A DNA stretch of 64,000 nucleotides, taken from NCBI GenBank assembly GCA_041664365.1, contig JBAYKW010000002.1:85961-149960 (forward strand). The letters run 5' to 3'. The translations under genes were made by a program, and so were the position numbers. Within the stretch, counting starts at the first letter, position 1. Every line of letters starts with the position of its first letter. The stretch comes from Patescibacteria group bacterium. Lineage in GTDB: Bacteria > Patescibacteriota > Patescibacteriia > UM-FILTER-42-10. Shown one piece after another: positions 34,673 to 44,969 of the stretch. The notes under the pieces are model-generated. The model was not told the DNA's origin. It worked only from the letters and a program-made list of their open reading frames with translations, and ran no database searches.

Positions 34673-37627
34673 ATGGATAAAAATAAACAGAAACCCGAAT
34701 TTATTGGTGTGAATTTCCCCAAACTAGAAGAGGAGATTCTTTCGTTTTGGCAGGAGAAGAGCATATTTGAGAAAAGCATTGAAAAGAACAAAGAAAAAGA
34801 GTTTATTTTCTTTGAAGGACCGCCGACCGCCAATGGAAAACCGGGAATCCATCATGTATTAGCCAGGGCTTTTAAGGATCTGATTCCGCGTTACAAAACG
34901 ATGCAGGGGTTCCGGGTCAACCGCAAAGCGGGCTGGGATACTCAAGGGTTGCCTGTAGAACTGGAGATTGAAAAGAAACTGGGTATTTCCGGCAAACCGG
35001 ACATTGAAAAATACGGCATTGAAAAATTCAACAAAAAATGCAAAGAAAGCGTCTGGGAGTATAAAGATGAGTGGGAAAAGATGACGGAGCGGATCGCTTT
35101 CTGGGTTGATTTGAAAAATCCGTACGTGACCTACGACAACGGCTACATTGAAACGCTCTGGTGGATTATTAAACAGATTTGGGATAAAGAACTTTTGTAT
35201 CGTGATTATAAAGTTGTTCCATACTGTTCCCGTTGCGGGACGTCATTATCTTCGCACGAACTGGCCCAGGGGTATAAGGAAAATACGGAGGACCCTTCAG
35301 TTTTCATCAAATTTAAAGTTAAGGGAAAAAAGGATAACGAATATTTCCTGGTCTGGACCACTACGCCGTGGACTCTGCCTTCCAACGTGGCGCTTGCAGT
35401 CGGAGAAAAGGTGGATTATGTCAAAGTTGAACACCACAAAGAGATATTGATCTTGGCGGAAGCGCGTCTGGGAGTTTTGCGTGGCAATTATAAAGTAATC
35501 AAAAAAATAAAAGGGAAAGACCTGGTAAATTTAGAGTACGAACCGCTCTATAATTTTGTTCAGCATAAGGAAAAATCGCATTACGTCCTGCCGGCGGATT
35601 TTGTTTCCGTTGATGACGGTACGGGGATTGTGCATACCGCGGTAATGTACGGAGTTGATGACTTTGAACTGGGCAAGGAATATAATCTGCCGAAACATCA
35701 TCTGATTGATCTGGAAGGAAAATTTACTGAAGAAGCCGGGTCATTCGCGGGACTGTTTGTTAAAACCGCTGATCCCAGAATCGTCTCCGACTTGAAAGAC
35801 CGCGGGCTGATGTATTGGGCGGAAACAATTAAACATACTTATCCGTTCTGCTGGCGCTGTAATACCCCACTGCTATATTATGCGAAAGATTCCTGGTTTA
35901 TCAAAATGACCGCAGTACGCGATCAGCTGATTAAAAACAACCAGGCGATTAACTGGGTACCGAACCATATTAAAGAAGGGCGCTTCGGCGAGTGGATTAA
36001 TGAAGTAAAAGACTGGGCACTTTCCCGTGAACGTTATTGGGGCACACCGCTGCCGATCTGGGAGTGTGACAAATGCGTGCATAGAATCTGTATCGGATCA
36101 TATGAAGAGCTGGCGAAATATTCCGGTAAAAAACTGCCGAAATCATTTGACCCGCACCGTCCGTTTATTGATAAAGTTACTTTTAAATGCGAAAAATGTG
36201 ACGGCGAAATGAAACGTGTACCGGAGGTTCTGGATGCCTGGTTTGATTCCGGTTCCATGCCTTATGCCCAGTGGCATTATCCTTTTGAGAATAAAAATTT
36301 TATTGATGCCAATGAAGCATTTCCCGCAGATTATATTTCCGAAGCGATTGACCAGACCCGCGGTTGGTTTTATACATTGCTGGCGGTATCCACACTTTTA
36401 GGTAAGGGAGCGCCTTATAAAAATGTGATTTGTTTAGGCTTGATTCTGGACAAGAAGGGTCAGAAAATGAGCAAGTCCAAAGGCAATACGGTTAATCCCA
36501 TGGAGATAATAAATAAATACGGCGTTGATGCTTTGCGCTGGTATTTGTATACCATGAACCAGCCGGGCGAATCGAAAAATTTTGATGAAATTGGTGTGAA
36601 CGAAGTCGTAAAAAAACAGCTTTTGATTCTTTGGAATGTGGTTGTATTCTTCAAAACTTTTGCCAAAGAAGGCATGCCCGAAAAGAAGATTCTTTCCAAG
36701 CACATTATGGATCATTGGATATTGGCCAGAATGCACAAACTGGTTGGTGAGGTAACTGATTCGCTGGATAAATACCAGATCACCGAAGCGGGCAGGAAAA
36801 TAGAAAGTTTTGTCCAGGATTTATCAACCTGGTATGTCCGCAGATCCCGAGATCGGTTCAAACAGCCGAAAGATTCCGCAGACCGCATGGTGGCACTCGA
36901 AACACTGAAAGAAGTTTTGCTGACGTTGACCAAAATACTGGCGCCGTTTATGCCGTTTATTGCCGAGACACTTTATCAAGAACTGAAATCTGTTTTGAAT
37001 AAAGACAAATACGAATGGAAGGAATCGGTACATCTCGAGGATTGGCCGGCAAAAGATAAAGCGCCGGTTGATCAGGGGTTGATCGAAGAAATGCAGCGCA
37101 TCAGGGATATTGCGGAACTTGCTCATTCCGCCCGTGCGGAAGCAAAAATAAAAGTCAGACAGCCTTTAAGTCAGCTGGTTATCGCTTCAGAATTCAAGGA
37201 GGAGTTTTCTGATATTCTTCAGGATGAACTGAATGTAAAAGAGGTTACGAAATTACATCAGAAACATGACGGCAAACTGCCCGGGGGTTCGGATTGGATC
37301 AAAAAAGATGAAACAGAAATCAAAATTTCCCTGGACATTACCCTGACGGACGAGCTGGTGGAAGAAGGAATCCTGCGAGAGATTGTCCGGCAGATCAATA
37401 GTGTCAGAAAGAAAGCGGGGTTAACCATCCAGGATCGTATCGCTGTTTATTATCAAACCGACAGTGAATATCTGAAGAAATTTTTTGAATTTTTTGAAAG
37501 TAACTTGCTGAAAGAAACTCTGGCAATATCCGTCCAGGAATATGACAAAAAGAAAAAAGCAAAGTTTGAAAAAGTGGTGAATGTAAACGGCAAGCTAATC
37601 ACGGTAGGTATCGAAAAGAAAAGTTAA
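34673..37627 (+). CDS. ileS: Isoleucyl-tRNA synthetase.
   Basis: PPTANGKPGIHHVLAR (HIGH), WALSRERYWGTPLPIW, KMSKSKGN (KMSKS), editing domain, C-terminal Zn-binding CxxC pairs. 984 aa. Confidence 0.85.
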   Translation: MDKNKQKPEFIGVNFPKLEEEILSFWQEKSIFEKSIEKNKEKEFIFFEGPPTANGKPGIHHVLARAFKDLIPRYKTMQGFRVNRKAGWDTQGLPVELEIEKKLGISGKPDIEKYGIEKFNKKCKESVWEYKDEWEKMTERIAFWVDLKNPYVTYDNGYIETLWWIIKQIWDKELLYRDYKVVPYCSRCGTSLSSHELAQGYKENTEDPSVFIKFKVKGKKDNEYFLVWTTTPWTLPSNVALAVGEKVDYVKVEHHKEILILAEARLGVLRGNYKVIKKIKGKDLVNLEYEPLYNFVQHKEKSHYVLPADFVSVDDGTGIVHTAVMYGVDDFELGKEYNLPKHHLIDLEGKFTEEAGSFAGLFVKTADPRIVSDLKDRGLMYWAETIKHTYPFCWRCNTPLLYYAKDSWFIKMTAVRDQLIKNNQAINWVPNHIKEGRFGEWINEVKDWALSRERYWGTPLPIWECDKCVHRICIGSYEELAKYSGKKLPKSFDPHRPFIDKVTFKCEKCDGEMKRVPEVLDAWFDSGSMPYAQWHYPFENKNFIDANEAFPADYISEAIDQTRGWFYTLLAVSTLLGKGAPYKNVICLGLILDKKGQKMSKSKGNTVNPMEIINKYGVDALRWYLYTMNQPGESKNFDEIGVNEVVKKQLLILWNVVVFFKTFAKEGMPEKKILSKHIMDHWILARMHKLVGEVTDSLDKYQITEAGRKIESFVQDLSTWYVRRSRDRFKQPKDSADRMVALETLKEVLLTLTKILAPFMPFIAETLYQELKSVLNKDKYEWKESVHLEDWPAKDKAPVDQGLIEEMQRIRDIAELAHSARAEAKIKVRQPLSQLVIASEFKEEFSDILQDELNVKEVTKLHQKHDGKLPGGSDWIKKDETEIKISLDITLTDELVEEGILREIVRQINSVRKKAGLTIQDRIAVYYQTDSEYLKKFFEFFESNLLKETLAISVQEYDKKKKAKFEKVVNVNGKLITVGIEKKS

Positions 37628-38403
37628 TGGCTACTTATCGCTCTGAAGCAATTGTGCTGAAAAAAAGAGCCGGCAGGGAATATGATCAGCTACTGACAAT
37701 CTTCACCAAGGAAAAAGGCAAGGTGGATCTGGTTGTGAAAGGTACCAGAAAGATCGGCAGTAAGATGGCCGGTCATCTGGAACCGTTTGGTGTTGTCGAT
37801 ATCATGGTTGCACAGGGAAAGATCCAGGACCGGATTGCCGGTACGAAACTTTTGGATAATTTCCCCAGTTTGAAATCGAATTTAGAAAGCATTGCTTTGT
37901 CAGTATATTTTAATGAAGCGGTGGACAGCATTATTCATGGTCATCAGTCCGATCCGAAAGTATTCACCCTGATCAAAGACGCCTACTCTTCCATCGATCA
38001 ATACCTCTTAAGGAATCGGGAAAGCGCAAATATTCATGATCTGGTTCTGATCACGCTCTCCTATATTTTATTGCTCTGTTCTTCACAGGGGTTTGCTCCG
38101 GCATTCGGCGCCTGTTTCTACTGTAAAAAAGACGTGCAGGAAGAAAAAAATTATATCAGCGACCGGCACCTTAGCGTAGTTTGCCCGTCGTGCAGGCAAA
38201 AAGAAGAATCATTATATCCGGTTTCTTCCACCGCCATTAAGGTACTGCGCCTGATGAGCCAGAAAACACTTGCCAATACAAAGCTGAAAAATCTGGAACT
38301 GGGGACTCTTTCGGAAGTGAGAAAAATAGTTAACAATTTTATCCTAATGATCGGTGAGCGACAAATCCGTTCCTATTCATTTCTTTCATCCCTTATCGTT
38401 TAA
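37627..38403 (+). CDS. recO: DNA repair protein RecO.
   Basis: N-terminal OB-fold: SEAIVLKKRAGREYDQLLTIFTKEKGKVDLVVKG. C-terminal zinc motif CFYCKK...CPSC. The ileS stop and recO start overlap. Confidence 0.75.
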   Translation: MATYRSEAIVLKKRAGREYDQLLTIFTKEKGKVDLVVKGTRKIGSKMAGHLEPFGVVDIMVAQGKIQDRIAGTKLLDNFPSLKSNLESIALSVYFNEAVDSIIHGHQSDPKVFTLIKDAYSSIDQYLLRNRESANIHDLVLITLSYILLLCSSQGFAPAFGACFYCKKDVQEEKNYISDRHLSVVCPSCRQKEESLYPVSSTAIKVLRLMSQKTLANTKLKNLELGTLSEVRKIVNNFILMIGERQIRSYSFLSSLIV

Positions 38404-38417
38404 TAATCCGATATTAT

Positions 38418-40406
38418 ATGGCAGATAAAAAAATAAAAATCAATTATAATAAACCGACTAATAACGGCGGTTTGAAGAAGTCCGGTAAGGTTAGCAGTGA
38501 AAAAAATGATACTGTTCAGGAAGGGCTGGAAACAATCACATCTATTTATCGGGAAGATCAGCCGGAAAAAACAGATATGACTAAAATGGACCGCAAAAAG
38601 CTTACAAAAAAGAGATTATTAAGTTATTTCATAATTGCTTTCTTATTCATGCTGGCTGTTGCCAGCGTCGCGGGTTTTTTCATTTTCAACAGAGGAAAGA
38701 ATGATGGAGGAGCAAGTATCGAATTAAAAATTACAGCGCCAAAGGAAATCTCATCCGGGGAAGAAATACTGTTTGAGATTTCATATTTGAATAAAGAAAA
38801 CGTAGCGATTAATGAAGCGGATCTGACAATACAATATCCCGAAGGATTTCATTTTTCCCGCTCCGAACCCGAGGCGAATAACGAAGCGCATACTTTCTGG
38901 CAGTTAAAAAGCATCCCAAGTGGTATGGGCGGAAAAATAAAAATTTACGGTCAAGTGATCGGCGAAATTGATGAAACAAAAACTTTCCAAGCGACCATGG
39001 ATTATATGCCTGCCAATTTTAGCTCTTCATTTAAAGAAAAGGCGTCGCACTCCCTGGAAATCACATCGTCAATATTTGATCTGGATTTGAAAGCCCCGCT
39101 TCGGATTGTCAGCGGGCAGGAAACAGACATAGAGATTTCAGTAAAGAATAATTCTGAAATTAATCTGACAAATGTCAGAGTTGCCGCGACTTTGCCGGAT
39201 GGTTTTGAGATAAAAAGTTCAGAACCGGAAATGCAGGATGACAAACAATCCTGGCTGATCAAGGAGCTAAGTAGTGAAGCGGAACAGATTATCAAACTAA
39301 AGGGGGTTTTCACAGGAAATCCCGGCGATACGCAGGAGCTGAAAATGCAGTTGGGGATTGTTATGAAGAATGGTGACTTCCGACTGCAGAATGAAAAGAC
39401 GGCAATAATATATATTGTAAAACCGGAGCTGATTGTTCAGTTCACTGTCAATGAATATAATCAGGAACATTTGGTCAATTCGGGCGATCTGCTGGAATTT
39501 AAAGTTTCCTATCAGAATGCCAGTGATCTCAAACTGTCCAATGTGGCTGTTCAGGCAGTATTCAATTCTGATACGCAAATTCTGGATTTTGGTTCGATTG
39601 AAGATGATAACAAAGGAGTATTTGATGAAGAAAATAAAACAATCACCTGGCGATCGGATGAAATAAAGGACCTGGAGTCCGTAATTCCCGGAAAGGAAGG
39701 CAGTTTTATTTTCAAAATTCCGGTTGTTGCTTCGCTTTCCCCGCAGAAGTCAACTGACAATAATTTTTCCGTAGAAACATTTATTAAGGCTGATTCACTG
39801 GTGGCGGAAGATACTGGTAACTTTGAAGCAAAGAGCGAAAGCAACCATGTTACCATTAAACTGAACAGCATGGTAACGCTCGAAACAGAGGCGCGCTTCT
39901 ATTCAGATGATCTGGAAAAACTGGGTACGGGACCGATCCCTCCGATGGTGGGTGAGGCGACAACGTATCGGGTATTTTGGACTGCCGCAAATTTATATAA
40001 TGATATCAAAAATGTAAAAGTCACTGCCTTATTGCCGGAAGATGTCAGTTGGAACAGTAATGCAATCGGCAGTTCCGATACCAAAATAACATTTGACAGT
40101 GCAACTCGGATTGTGACCTGGGAAATAAAGAGCTTACCCGCCAATTCGGGTACATTAAAGCCGATTGCACAGGCAACATTTGATATCAGTATTACGCCGA
40201 CTGTTGAGCAGGTGGGAAAACTGGTCATGCTGACACAGGAAAGTATTTTAAGTGCCCGCGACAGCTTCACCGGTTTTGACATATTAGTGAAAGACCGTGC
40301 CATCACATCGGATCTTGAAAATGATGTTGCGGCCAGAGGAAGAGGGGTAGTTGTGGAAGAGCTGGCAATTCCTGACATGAATATCAATACCAACACCAGT
40401 ATATAA
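38418..40406 (+). CDS. Membrane-anchored surface protein with repeated DUF11/CARDB-like beta-sandwich domains.
   Basis: N-terminal TM helix after a basic cytoplasmic segment. Four or more repeats contain LTIQYPEGFHFSRSEP, VAATLPDGFEIKSSEPE and VTALLPEDVSWNSNAIG (conserved-repeat-domain pattern). Confidence 0.5.
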   Translation: MADKKIKINYNKPTNNGGLKKSGKVSSEKNDTVQEGLETITSIYREDQPEKTDMTKMDRKKLTKKRLLSYFIIAFLFMLAVASVAGFFIFNRGKNDGGASIELKITAPKEISSGEEILFEISYLNKENVAINEADLTIQYPEGFHFSRSEPEANNEAHTFWQLKSIPSGMGGKIKIYGQVIGEIDETKTFQATMDYMPANFSSSFKEKASHSLEITSSIFDLDLKAPLRIVSGQETDIEISVKNNSEINLTNVRVAATLPDGFEIKSSEPEMQDDKQSWLIKELSSEAEQIIKLKGVFTGNPGDTQELKMQLGIVMKNGDFRLQNEKTAIIYIVKPELIVQFTVNEYNQEHLVNSGDLLEFKVSYQNASDLKLSNVAVQAVFNSDTQILDFGSIEDDNKGVFDEENKTITWRSDEIKDLESVIPGKEGSFIFKIPVVASLSPQKSTDNNFSVETFIKADSLVAEDTGNFEAKSESNHVTIKLNSMVTLETEARFYSDDLEKLGTGPIPPMVGEATTYRVFWTAANLYNDIKNVKVTALLPEDVSWNSNAIGSSDTKITFDSATRIVTWEIKSLPANSGTLKPIAQATFDISITPTVEQVGKLVMLTQESILSARDSFTGFDILVKDRAITSDLENDVAARGRGVVVEELAIPDMNINTNTSI

Positions 40407-40450
40407 TAAAACCGCCTGAACAAAGCGGTTTAAGAAAAAATCCCCGTTGT

Positions 40451-41080
40451 TTATACCAGTGGGGATTTTGGTATCCTCTTTACTGCCAAAAGGTGACCAA
40501 GGATGCTTAACGCACTGAACAAAGAAGCGATACTGAAAATTACAGTAACCGGGGTTGTGCCGGCATCTAACATCAAAGTGATAAACAAGGCAATCGTACC
40601 GACGGTTTGAAACAGCATTTTTATTTTCCCGTACACATTCGCGCCCAGCTGAAATTCTATTCCTATTTTCTTCGCTAAGGGTGCAAAAATGACGACGAGC
40701 AGAACCAGAAACACTTCCAGTCCGATAATGATATAAATCAGGGAATGGGGCAGGGATTGCCATCCCAAGATAATTAGTACAGTTATAAAAACAACTTTGT
40801 CCGCTGTCGGATCAAATACTTTACCGAATTCACTCACTTGATTTTTAACCCGCGCCAGGGGACCGTCCAGAATATCGAGGAGATAGGCAAAAAGGAACAG
40901 TACTGTAGCCAGAATGTAGCGTTCCTGCTGGATCGCCAGAATAATCGGGGCCAAAAAAAGTATCCGCAGAAGGGTAAGAAAATTCGGAGTGATCATATCG
41001 GGAATAAGCCTGGCAATTTTTTGCAAACCTAAATCGACATGTTTCAAAATACCCTGCAGAAATCTGGTCAATGCGTTCAT
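40451..41080 (-). CDS. CDP-alcohol phosphatidyltransferase family protein (PgsA/PssA-like).
   Basis: DILDGPLARVKNQVSEFGKVFDPTADKV matches D(x)2DG(x)2AR(x)8G(x)3D(x)3D. Six TM helices. Confidence 0.75.
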   Translation of the reverse strand: MNALTRFLQGILKHVDLGLQKIARLIPDMITPNFLTLLRILFLAPIILAIQQERYILATVLFLFAYLLDILDGPLARVKNQVSEFGKVFDPTADKVVFITVLIILGWQSLPHSLIYIIIGLEVFLVLLVVIFAPLAKKIGIEFQLGANVYGKIKMLFQTVGTIALFITLMLDAGTTPVTVIFSIASLFSALSILGHLLAVKRIPKSPLV

Positions 41081-41841
41081 CTTTTTTTAATATTTCTTTT
41101 TATTTGGTTAGCAAGAATTTTTATTCCTTCTTTTCTGGAAATCAGGTGCATCTCTTTCACCAGGGTTGTTAATTTATTTTTCCATCCGCCAATTTCTAAT
41201 CCGGTTGACTGACTGCTGTTTTTTAAATTGTGGAAGATTTCTTCTGTGTTATTACCAGTAACCTCGGATGCCACCGTGCCAATCTGCCAGATCACATGTC
41301 CGTCGCTTCCGGCCAGCATCGGCTTATTCATTTTTTTTGCCCAATTAATTGCACTTTGGTTCTGCTCTCGTGTGGCCATGCCGTTGATACCTTCAATAAT
41401 ATCCACATTTTCTGCAATGAATGATTGTTCAATCGTGCCGGCAGTTATCGCCCGTTGCACTCCGCCTTTACCAAGTACGAACGGATGGGGCATCGAGATA
41501 ATGCAATTAAAGCCCCTCGCTTTTTCAATCAGTTCTTTTGGTAGGAGATTAATCACAAATGCGCCGGGTTGCTTGTTCGGTTTTATCACCGAATCGAAAA
41601 AATACCTAAGTTCACCCTGTGTTTTAAAATACAAAAGTACATGTGTTCCGTTACTGCAGTTAACTTCAATGCCGGGTATAATTACAACATCAGACTGCTG
41701 ACTCGCCTCCATTGATCCTCTTATTTCATTATGATCGCAGATCGCCAATCCCAGGTCCATTTTCCTGGCTGTTTTTAGTAGTTTTGCAACCGAGATGGTT
41801 CCGTCTAGCGAATAGTTTGAATGTACATGAAAGTCAACCAT
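41077..41841 (-). CDS. PHP-domain metal-dependent phosphoesterase.
   Basis: MVDFHVHSNYSLDGT is the PHP motif I. LAICDHN and further His/Asp motifs. 4-nt overlap with the downstream phosphatidyltransferase gene. ORF extension to 41985 is unlikely. Confidence 0.65.
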   Translation of the reverse strand: MVDFHVHSNYSLDGTISVAKLLKTARKMDLGLAICDHNEIRGSMEASQQSDVVIIPGIEVNCSNGTHVLLYFKTQGELRYFFDSVIKPNKQPGAFVINLLPKELIEKARGFNCIISMPHPFVLGKGGVQRAITAGTIEQSFIAENVDIIEGINGMATREQNQSAINWAKKMNKPMLAGSDGHVIWQIGTVASEVTGNNTEEIFHNLKNSSQSTGLEIGGWKNKLTTLVKEMHLISRKEGIKILANQIKRNIKKR

Positions 41842-41946
41842 TTTTTGGTTACTTTTTAGATTAACGGGAAGCTTTGGATTTGTAAAAAAAATTGTTGACA
41901 TAAGCCAATTATTACAATTGTATCTGATATTAATCGCCAGTACAAG

Positions 41947-42960
41947 TTGCTTTATCAATTTGTAGAAAAAGGTTATAATATACACAAGATTATGGCTAAA
42001 TTCAACACATCAAAACTTCTTGAATTTCTTCTGAAAAAATACGTTGTTTTTGCGCCGGTTGAGAGGGAGAATGAACTTTTATTTCAGCGGGTATATAATC
42101 CGGGTGAAATGTCAGCTTCATTGCGTCTGCCGAAGAATTCTTTTAAACAGTTTTTACTGCCTCATGAAGAGGTTCTTTTTGATTTTACCAGTCCCAAGGT
42201 CAAGAAAACTATAACACCGCAAGTTATTTTTGGTTTGTCGCTGGTGGATCTGAAGGCGCTGATCCTGTTTGACCAGATGTTCGCAAAGGATCCGCATTAT
42301 CAGGCTCACCGTCAAAATACACTGATTGTCGGCCAATGTGTTGTCCCAGAAGATGCCAAATTTCTGAGTATCTTTGAAGAAAACGTTTTGGAAAGACTGA
42401 AATTTGATATACTGCTGGATCACCGCAAAAAAGGGGAGCCAAAGATTTTTACCGGATCCAGGCTTGGCCAAAAGACTTTGGAAAAATTTGGTTTTAATGA
42501 ATATGAGCATATTGATTTCAAAGGTTCGATCGAAGGTGGGGTGCTTGATCCTAAATCGCAGAAGCTGAAGGAACAGATGAAAAAAGTGATTAATGATAAA
42601 AAATTCTGGGAAGAATTTGCCAAGGACTGCATCATGTGCGGAAAATGCACAGTGGCCTGTCCGACCTGCTATTGCTTCGATCTGGTGGACGAGGGCGGTG
42701 AAATTGGCGATGATAAAGCGGGTGTCCGCAAGCGCCGACTGAGTTCTTGTTTTTATGATGACTTCGCGTCAATCGCCGGAGGGGAAAATTTTCTGAAAAC
42801 AAAGGCCGAGCGATTAAGAAACTATTATATCCATAAATTCATCAGAACACCGGAAAGAGAACAGATACTAGGTTGTGTCGGATGTCTGCGCTGTTTTCAG
42901 GTTTGTCCGGTGGGAATTGATATCAGAAAAATATTAGATGCGGCTTTGAAATACAAATAA
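41947..42960 (+). CDS. hydB: Iron-sulfur subunit of the sulfhydrogenase type (HydB/AsrA-like beta subunit). Alternative start at 41995.
   Basis: CIMCGKCTVACPTCYCFDL...CVGCLRCFQVCPVGIDI: two ferredoxin-like Cys clusters in the arrangement seen in the sulfhydrogenase beta subunit. Followed by a PyrK-like gamma subunit. Confidence 0.55.
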   Translation: MLYQFVEKGYNIHKIMAKFNTSKLLEFLLKKYVVFAPVERENELLFQRVYNPGEMSASLRLPKNSFKQFLLPHEEVLFDFTSPKVKKTITPQVIFGLSLVDLKALILFDQMFAKDPHYQAHRQNTLIVGQCVVPEDAKFLSIFEENVLERLKFDILLDHRKKGEPKIFTGSRLGQKTLEKFGFNEYEHIDFKGSIEGGVLDPKSQKLKEQMKKVINDKKFWEEFAKDCIMCGKCTVACPTCYCFDLVDEGGEIGDDKAGVRKRRLSSCFYDDFASIAGGENFLKTKAERLRNYYIHKFIRTPEREQILGCVGCLRCFQVCPVGIDIRKILDAALKYK

Positions 42961-43785
42961 ATGAAAAATCCTTACGAAAGTTATCCGGCTATAATCACAA
43001 AAATAGTATTAGATGCTCCTGACACCAGAGGCTTCACTTTAAAGTTCAAAGATAAAAAACGTCAGAGTAATTTTGGTTTTATTCCGGGACAGTTTATAGT
43101 CGTTGGTTTGCCCGGGATTGGTGAAATTCCGGTTGGGATAAATTCTGCAACGACGGAAAAGAAATTTGTCCAGATAACTGTTCGCGGAGTTGGGAAAGTC
43201 AGCCGAGCCATCCAGCAGAAAGCAGTCGGTTCGACGATCTATATCCGCGGACCGTACGGCAACGGCTGGCCGATGAAGGAAATTGAAAAACGGGATTTAC
43301 TGGTAATAGCCGGCGGGCTTGGGATAATCCCGCTCAAACCTTTGATTGACGAGGCTTGCCGAAAGGACTGGGGACGTCAGAACCAGGTACAGGTTTTTTA
43401 CGGTTCAAGGAATTTTAAAAACCTTTTATTTGAAACGCAATATAAAAAATGGTGTACTTTTCATGATACGCAGATAGTTCTGGATATGGCCGGTCCGCGC
43501 TGGCATGGCGAGGTCGGCAATATTACCGATCTTCTGGCAAAACACAGTACGCCGAAAAATGCGATTGTCACTGTCTGCGGTCCGCCGATTATGTATAAAT
43601 TTGTAATTCCCAAACTGCTCGAGAAAGGTTACAAGCCGGAAGATATTTACCTTTCACTGGAGCGAAAAATGTACTGTGCAATCGGAATGTGCGAGCACTG
43701 CGCGATCGGAGAAAAATATGTCTGCAAGGACGGCCCGGTATTTAGCTTAGCCGAGATTAAGGATATGCCGGAGGCTCTGGAATAA
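42961..43785 (+). CDS. hydG: FAD/NAD(P)-binding oxidoreductase with a C-terminal 2Fe-2S cluster (sulfhydrogenase gamma / PyrK-like).
   Basis: FIPGQFIVVGLPGIGEIPVG (FAD-binding), VCGPPIMYKFV (NAD-binding), C-terminal CAIGMCEHCAIGEKYVCKDGPVF Cys cluster. Confidence 0.65.
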   Translation: MKNPYESYPAIITKIVLDAPDTRGFTLKFKDKKRQSNFGFIPGQFIVVGLPGIGEIPVGINSATTEKKFVQITVRGVGKVSRAIQQKAVGSTIYIRGPYGNGWPMKEIEKRDLLVIAGGLGIIPLKPLIDEACRKDWGRQNQVQVFYGSRNFKNLLFETQYKKWCTFHDTQIVLDMAGPRWHGEVGNITDLLAKHSTPKNAIVTVCGPPIMYKFVIPKLLEKGYKPEDIYLSLERKMYCAIGMCEHCAIGEKYVCKDGPVFSLAEIKDMPEALE

Positions 43786-43789
43786 ATAT

Positions 43790-43996
43790 ATGTGTATTAC
43801 TTTACCTGGAAAAATATTATCAAAAATCGGAACTATTGCGGTCGTGGAAGCAAACGGAAGAAAAATGGAAATAAAGATTGATGCTGTGCCGGGCGTCGTC
43901 AAGGGGGACTGGATACTGGTGTATGGGGATTTGGCATTAAAAAAAATATCAAAAAAGGAAGCGGAAGAAACAATTAAAATATTATCGGATGATTAA
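43790..43996 (+). CDS. hypC: HypC/HybG-family hydrogenase maturation chaperone.
   Basis: Starts MCITLPGKI (MC[LI]xxP N-terminal Cys motif). About 68 aa OB-fold size. Confidence 0.6.
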   Translation: MCITLPGKILSKIGTIAVVEANGRKMEIKIDAVPGVVKGDWILVYGDLALKKISKKEAEETIKILSDD

Positions 43997-44936
43997 ATAC
44001 TTCAAAGCACTGCCGACGATTCAAAAGGGAATATTGTTTGCTATAGGTGCGGCGCTGGTCAGCGGAGTTGCCAATTTTGTAAACAAAAACGGAGTGTCGG
44101 CAGTCGGTGAACCGTTCGTTTATACTGCTATGAAAAATGCCGTAACGGCAATATTACTTTTAGGGGTTATATTTGCTTTTAAAAACATTCAGCAGATCAG
44201 AAGCTTAACAAAGAGAGACTGGATGAAGCTCGGCATTATTGGTTTGATCGGGGGTGGTATCTCTTTTCTGCTTTTCTTCAAAGGGCTAAGTCTTACTTCC
44301 GCATCCAGTGCTTCATTAATCCATAAGACATTATTCATCTGGGTTGCTCTGTTAGCCGTACCGTTTTTAAAAGAAAAATTCCGCTGGTACCAGTACGGCG
44401 CGCTTATTATGCTTCTGGTTGGTAATTTTATTATTGCCGGGCCGAAATCTTTTAACTGGGGGCAGGGAGAAACGCTGGTATTTATTGCAACATTGCTCTG
44501 GTCGGTAGAATTTATTGTGGCCAAAAAAGTATTGAAGACAATTCATCCCAATATTGTCGCATGGGCAAGACTATCAATTGGCGTTGTATTTATTTTGTTG
44601 TTCCTGGCATTAACTGGACGATTTGATAATTTATTGTCAGCTTCTTCTACCGGATGGGGATGGTCAATGCTAACTGGTGCTATTTTATTTCTGTTTGTAT
44701 TAACCTGGTTCCATGCTCTAAAAAGAGCTCCGGCTACGCTGGTTACAAGCGTTCTGGTTTTTGCCTCTCCGATCACAACATTTTTGGATGAGGTATTTCA
44801 GAAAAAAGCACTGGATTGGGACAGCGCGGTCGGGTCATTGCTGATTATTTCTGGTATTGCAGTTTTAACACTAAGTTTCATTCGGAATGTACGTTACAGG
44901 ATGTCCTCGCCATCTACCCTAAAACCTACTCCCTAA
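43989..44936 (+). CDS. EamA/DMT-superfamily transporter.
   Basis: Ten TM helices in two 5-TM halves, with Gly-rich helices typical of EamA repeats. Confidence 0.6.
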   Translation: MIKYFKALPTIQKGILFAIGAALVSGVANFVNKNGVSAVGEPFVYTAMKNAVTAILLLGVIFAFKNIQQIRSLTKRDWMKLGIIGLIGGGISFLLFFKGLSLTSASSASLIHKTLFIWVALLAVPFLKEKFRWYQYGALIMLLVGNFIIAGPKSFNWGQGETLVFIATLLWSVEFIVAKKVLKTIHPNIVAWARLSIGVVFILLFLALTGRFDNLLSASSTGWGWSMLTGAILFLFVLTWFHALKRAPATLVTSVLVFASPITTFLDEVFQKKALDWDSAVGSLLIISGIAVLTLSFIRNVRYRMSSPSTLKPTP

Positions 44937-44962
44937 CCCCTAATCCCTAACCCCTAATCCCT
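44916..44962. repeat. Telomere-like C-rich microsatellite (ccctaacccctaat)n spanning the stop codon of the EamA gene.
   Basis: ccctaaaacctactccctaacccctaatccctaacccctaatccctaataataa. Confidence 0.8.
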
Positions 44963-44969
44963 AATAATA

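Noticed and set aside
41842-41985. N-terminal 48-aa extension of the PHP-domain ORF (MYIITFFYKL…).
   Set aside because: PHP motif I (MVDFHVHS) defines the likely start at 41841. The extension overlaps the divergent hydB promoter and start region.
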